A DNA stretch of 4,243 nt from a virus. Taxonomy: Duplodnaviria; Heunggongvirae; Uroviricota; Caudoviricetes. The stretch lies in the IMG/VR virus record IMGVR_UViG_2690316321_000004. One strand, given 5' to 3'. The position numbers were made by a program, and so were the translations under genes. The notes under the pieces were generated by a model. The model was not told the origin of the DNA. It did not search any database and saw only the letters and a program-made list of their open reading frames with translations. How positions within the stretch are numbered: the stretch's first letter is position 1; every line of letters begins with the position of its first letter. Of this stretch, positions 1 through 4,243 are shown piece by piece.

Positions 1-563
1 GTGCTGAAGCCATCCGGGCGCTGGCCACACAGCTCCCTGCGTTTCGTCAGAAACTGAGCGACGGCTGGTATCAGATGCGTATTGCCGGACAGGATGTCAG
101 CACGTCCGGATTAACGGCGCAGTTACATGAGGCTCTGCCTGACGGCGCTGTGATTCATATTGTTCCCAGAGTCGCCGGGGCCAAGTCAGGTGGTGTATTC
201 CAGATTGTCCTGGGAGCAGCCGCCATTGCCGGATCATTCTTTACCGCCGGAGCCACCCTTGCAGCATGGGGGGCTGCCATTGGTGCCGGTGGTATGACCG
301 GCATTCTGTTTTCTCTCGGTGCCAGTATGGTGCTCGGCGGTGTGGCTCAGATGCTGGCACCGAAAGCCAGAACTCCCCGCACACAGACAACGGATAACGG
401 TAAGCAGAACACCTATTTCTCCTCACTGGATAACATGGTTGCCCAGGGCAATGTTATGCCTGTTCTGTATGGTGAAATGCGCGTGGGTTCACGTGTGGTA
501 TCTCAGGAGAGCAGCACGGCAGATGAAGGGGACGGTGGTCAGGTTGTGGTGATTGGTCGATGA
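1..563 (+). CDS. I: Tail assembly protein I (lambda gpI family), 5'-truncated by the window edge; C-terminal ~187 codons present
   Basis: Frame 3 is open from the window start to the TGA at 561-563 (translation begins AEAIRALATQLPAFRQKLSDGWYQMRIAGQDVSTSGLTAQLHEALPDGAVIHIVPRVAGAKSGG...). I recognise this as the C-terminal part of lambda tail assembly protein I. It sits immediately upstream of J, as in the lambda gene order. It contains a Gly/Ala-rich hydrophobic stretch (VFQIVLGAAAIAGSFFTAGATLAAWGAAIGAGGMTGILFSLGASMVLGG). Confidence 0.9.
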   Translation, partial: AEAIRALATQLPAFRQKLSDGWYQMRIAGQDVSTSGLTAQLHEALPDGAVIHIVPRVAGAKSGGVFQIVLGAAAIAGSFFTAGATLAAWGAAIGAGGMTGILFSLGASMVLGGVAQMLAPKARTPRTQTTDNGKQNTYFSSLDNMVAQGNVMPVLYGEMRVGSRVVSQESSTADEGDGGQVVVIGR

Positions 564-581
564 TGCAAAATATTTTATGTG

Positions 582-608
582 AAACCGCCTGCGGGCGGTT
601 TTGTCGTT
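582..608 (+). other. I-J intergenic GC-rich stem-loop followed by a U-rich tract (aaaccgcc-tgcg-ggcggttt + tgtcgttt); possible attenuator or RNA stability element
   Basis: Seen directly: 8-nt arm aaaccgcc (582-589), loop tgcg (590-593), complementary arm ggcggttt (594-601), then T-rich tgtcgttt. It lies between the I stop (563) and the J start (624). Function is inferred only. Confidence 0.35.
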
Positions 609-611
609 TAT

Positions 612-616
612 GGAGC
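612..616 (+). promoter_or_regulatory. Shine-Dalgarno-like site (GGAGC) about 8 nt upstream of the J ATG
   Basis: The sequence ...tatGGAGcatgacgaATGggtaaa... has a GGAG core at a spacing compatible with initiation at ATG 624. Confidence 0.5.
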
Positions 617-620
617 ATGA

Positions 621-4022
<3,402 letters not shown>

Positions 4023-4038
4023 ATTTTATAACCCAGAA

Positions 4039-4066
4039 CGGGCGTCAGAAATGACGCCTTTTTTAT
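4039..4066 (+). terminator. Rho-independent terminator downstream of J (ggcgtca-gaaa-tgacgcc followed by TTTTTT)
   Basis: Seen directly: perfect 7-bp GC-rich inverted repeat ggcgtca (4041-4047) / tgacgcc (4052-4058) with a 4-nt loop gaaa, followed immediately by tttttt (4059-4064). It starts 19 nt after the J stop codon. Confidence 0.75.
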
Positions 4067-4077
4067 TGCAGAAAAGC

Positions 4078-4083
4078 GAGAGG
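4078..4083 (+). promoter_or_regulatory. Shine-Dalgarno site (GAGAGG) 5 nt upstream of the lom ATG
   Basis: The sequence ...aagcGAGAGGtaattATGcgtaaa... has a purine-rich SD at canonical spacing. Confidence 0.6.
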
Positions 4084-4088
4084 TAATT

Positions 4089-4243
4089 ATGCGTAAACTT
4101 TATGCCGCCATTTTGTCCGCAGCCATTTGTCTGGCCGTATCCGGTGCGCCTGCATGGGCGTCTGAACATCAGTCCACGCTGAGCGCGGGGTATCTTCATG
4201 CCCGGACGAACGTTCCCGGCAGTGATGCTCTGAACGGGATTAA
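4089..4243 (+). CDS. lom: Outer membrane protein Lom (Ail/Lom/PagC family beta-barrel), 3'-truncated by the window edge; N-terminal signal peptide present
   Basis: Translation MRKLYAAILSAAICLAVSGAPAWASEHQSTLSAGYLHARTNVPGSDALNGI... matches the N-terminus of lambda Lom as I recall it. It has a classic Sec signal peptide: basic N-region (RK), hydrophobic core, and an A-W-A cleavage motif before SEHQ. The gene follows J and a terminator, as in lambda. Confidence 0.85.
   Translation, partial: MRKLYAAILSAAICLAVSGAPAWASEHQSTLSAGYLHARTNVPGSDALNGI

Noticed and set aside
319-552. 77-aa plus-strand ORF in an alternative frame within I (and the 61-aa minus ORF at 241..426)
   Set aside because: Both lie wholly inside the I coding region in other frames, with W/C/R-rich translations typical of out-of-frame reads. 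Neither has an independent start signal.
610-612. Alternative ATG 14 nt upstream of the J start
   Set aside because: It is out of frame with J and terminates after about 25 codons. The ATG at 624 gives the canonical MGKGSSKG N-terminus with a properly spaced SD.

Overview
This window is the tail-tip end of the late operon of a lambda-like (lambdoid) phage or prophage, all on the + strand: the 3' part of tail assembly gene I (to 563), the complete host-specificity/tip attachment gene J (624..4022, 1132 aa), a hairpin plus T-tract terminator, and the 5' start of the lom outer-membrane 'moron' gene (4089 onward, with a signal peptide). I see no RNA genes, CRISPR arrays, insertion sequences or undescribed multi-gene system here. 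The most interesting signal is the last ~150 codons of J, which are visibly more AT-rich than the rest of the gene and, from memory, diverge from lambda J in the receptor-binding domain. That pattern suggests a swapped or diversified receptor-recognition module. All minus-strand ORFs, including a 674-aa one, lie antisense to I or J and are judged to be artefacts.
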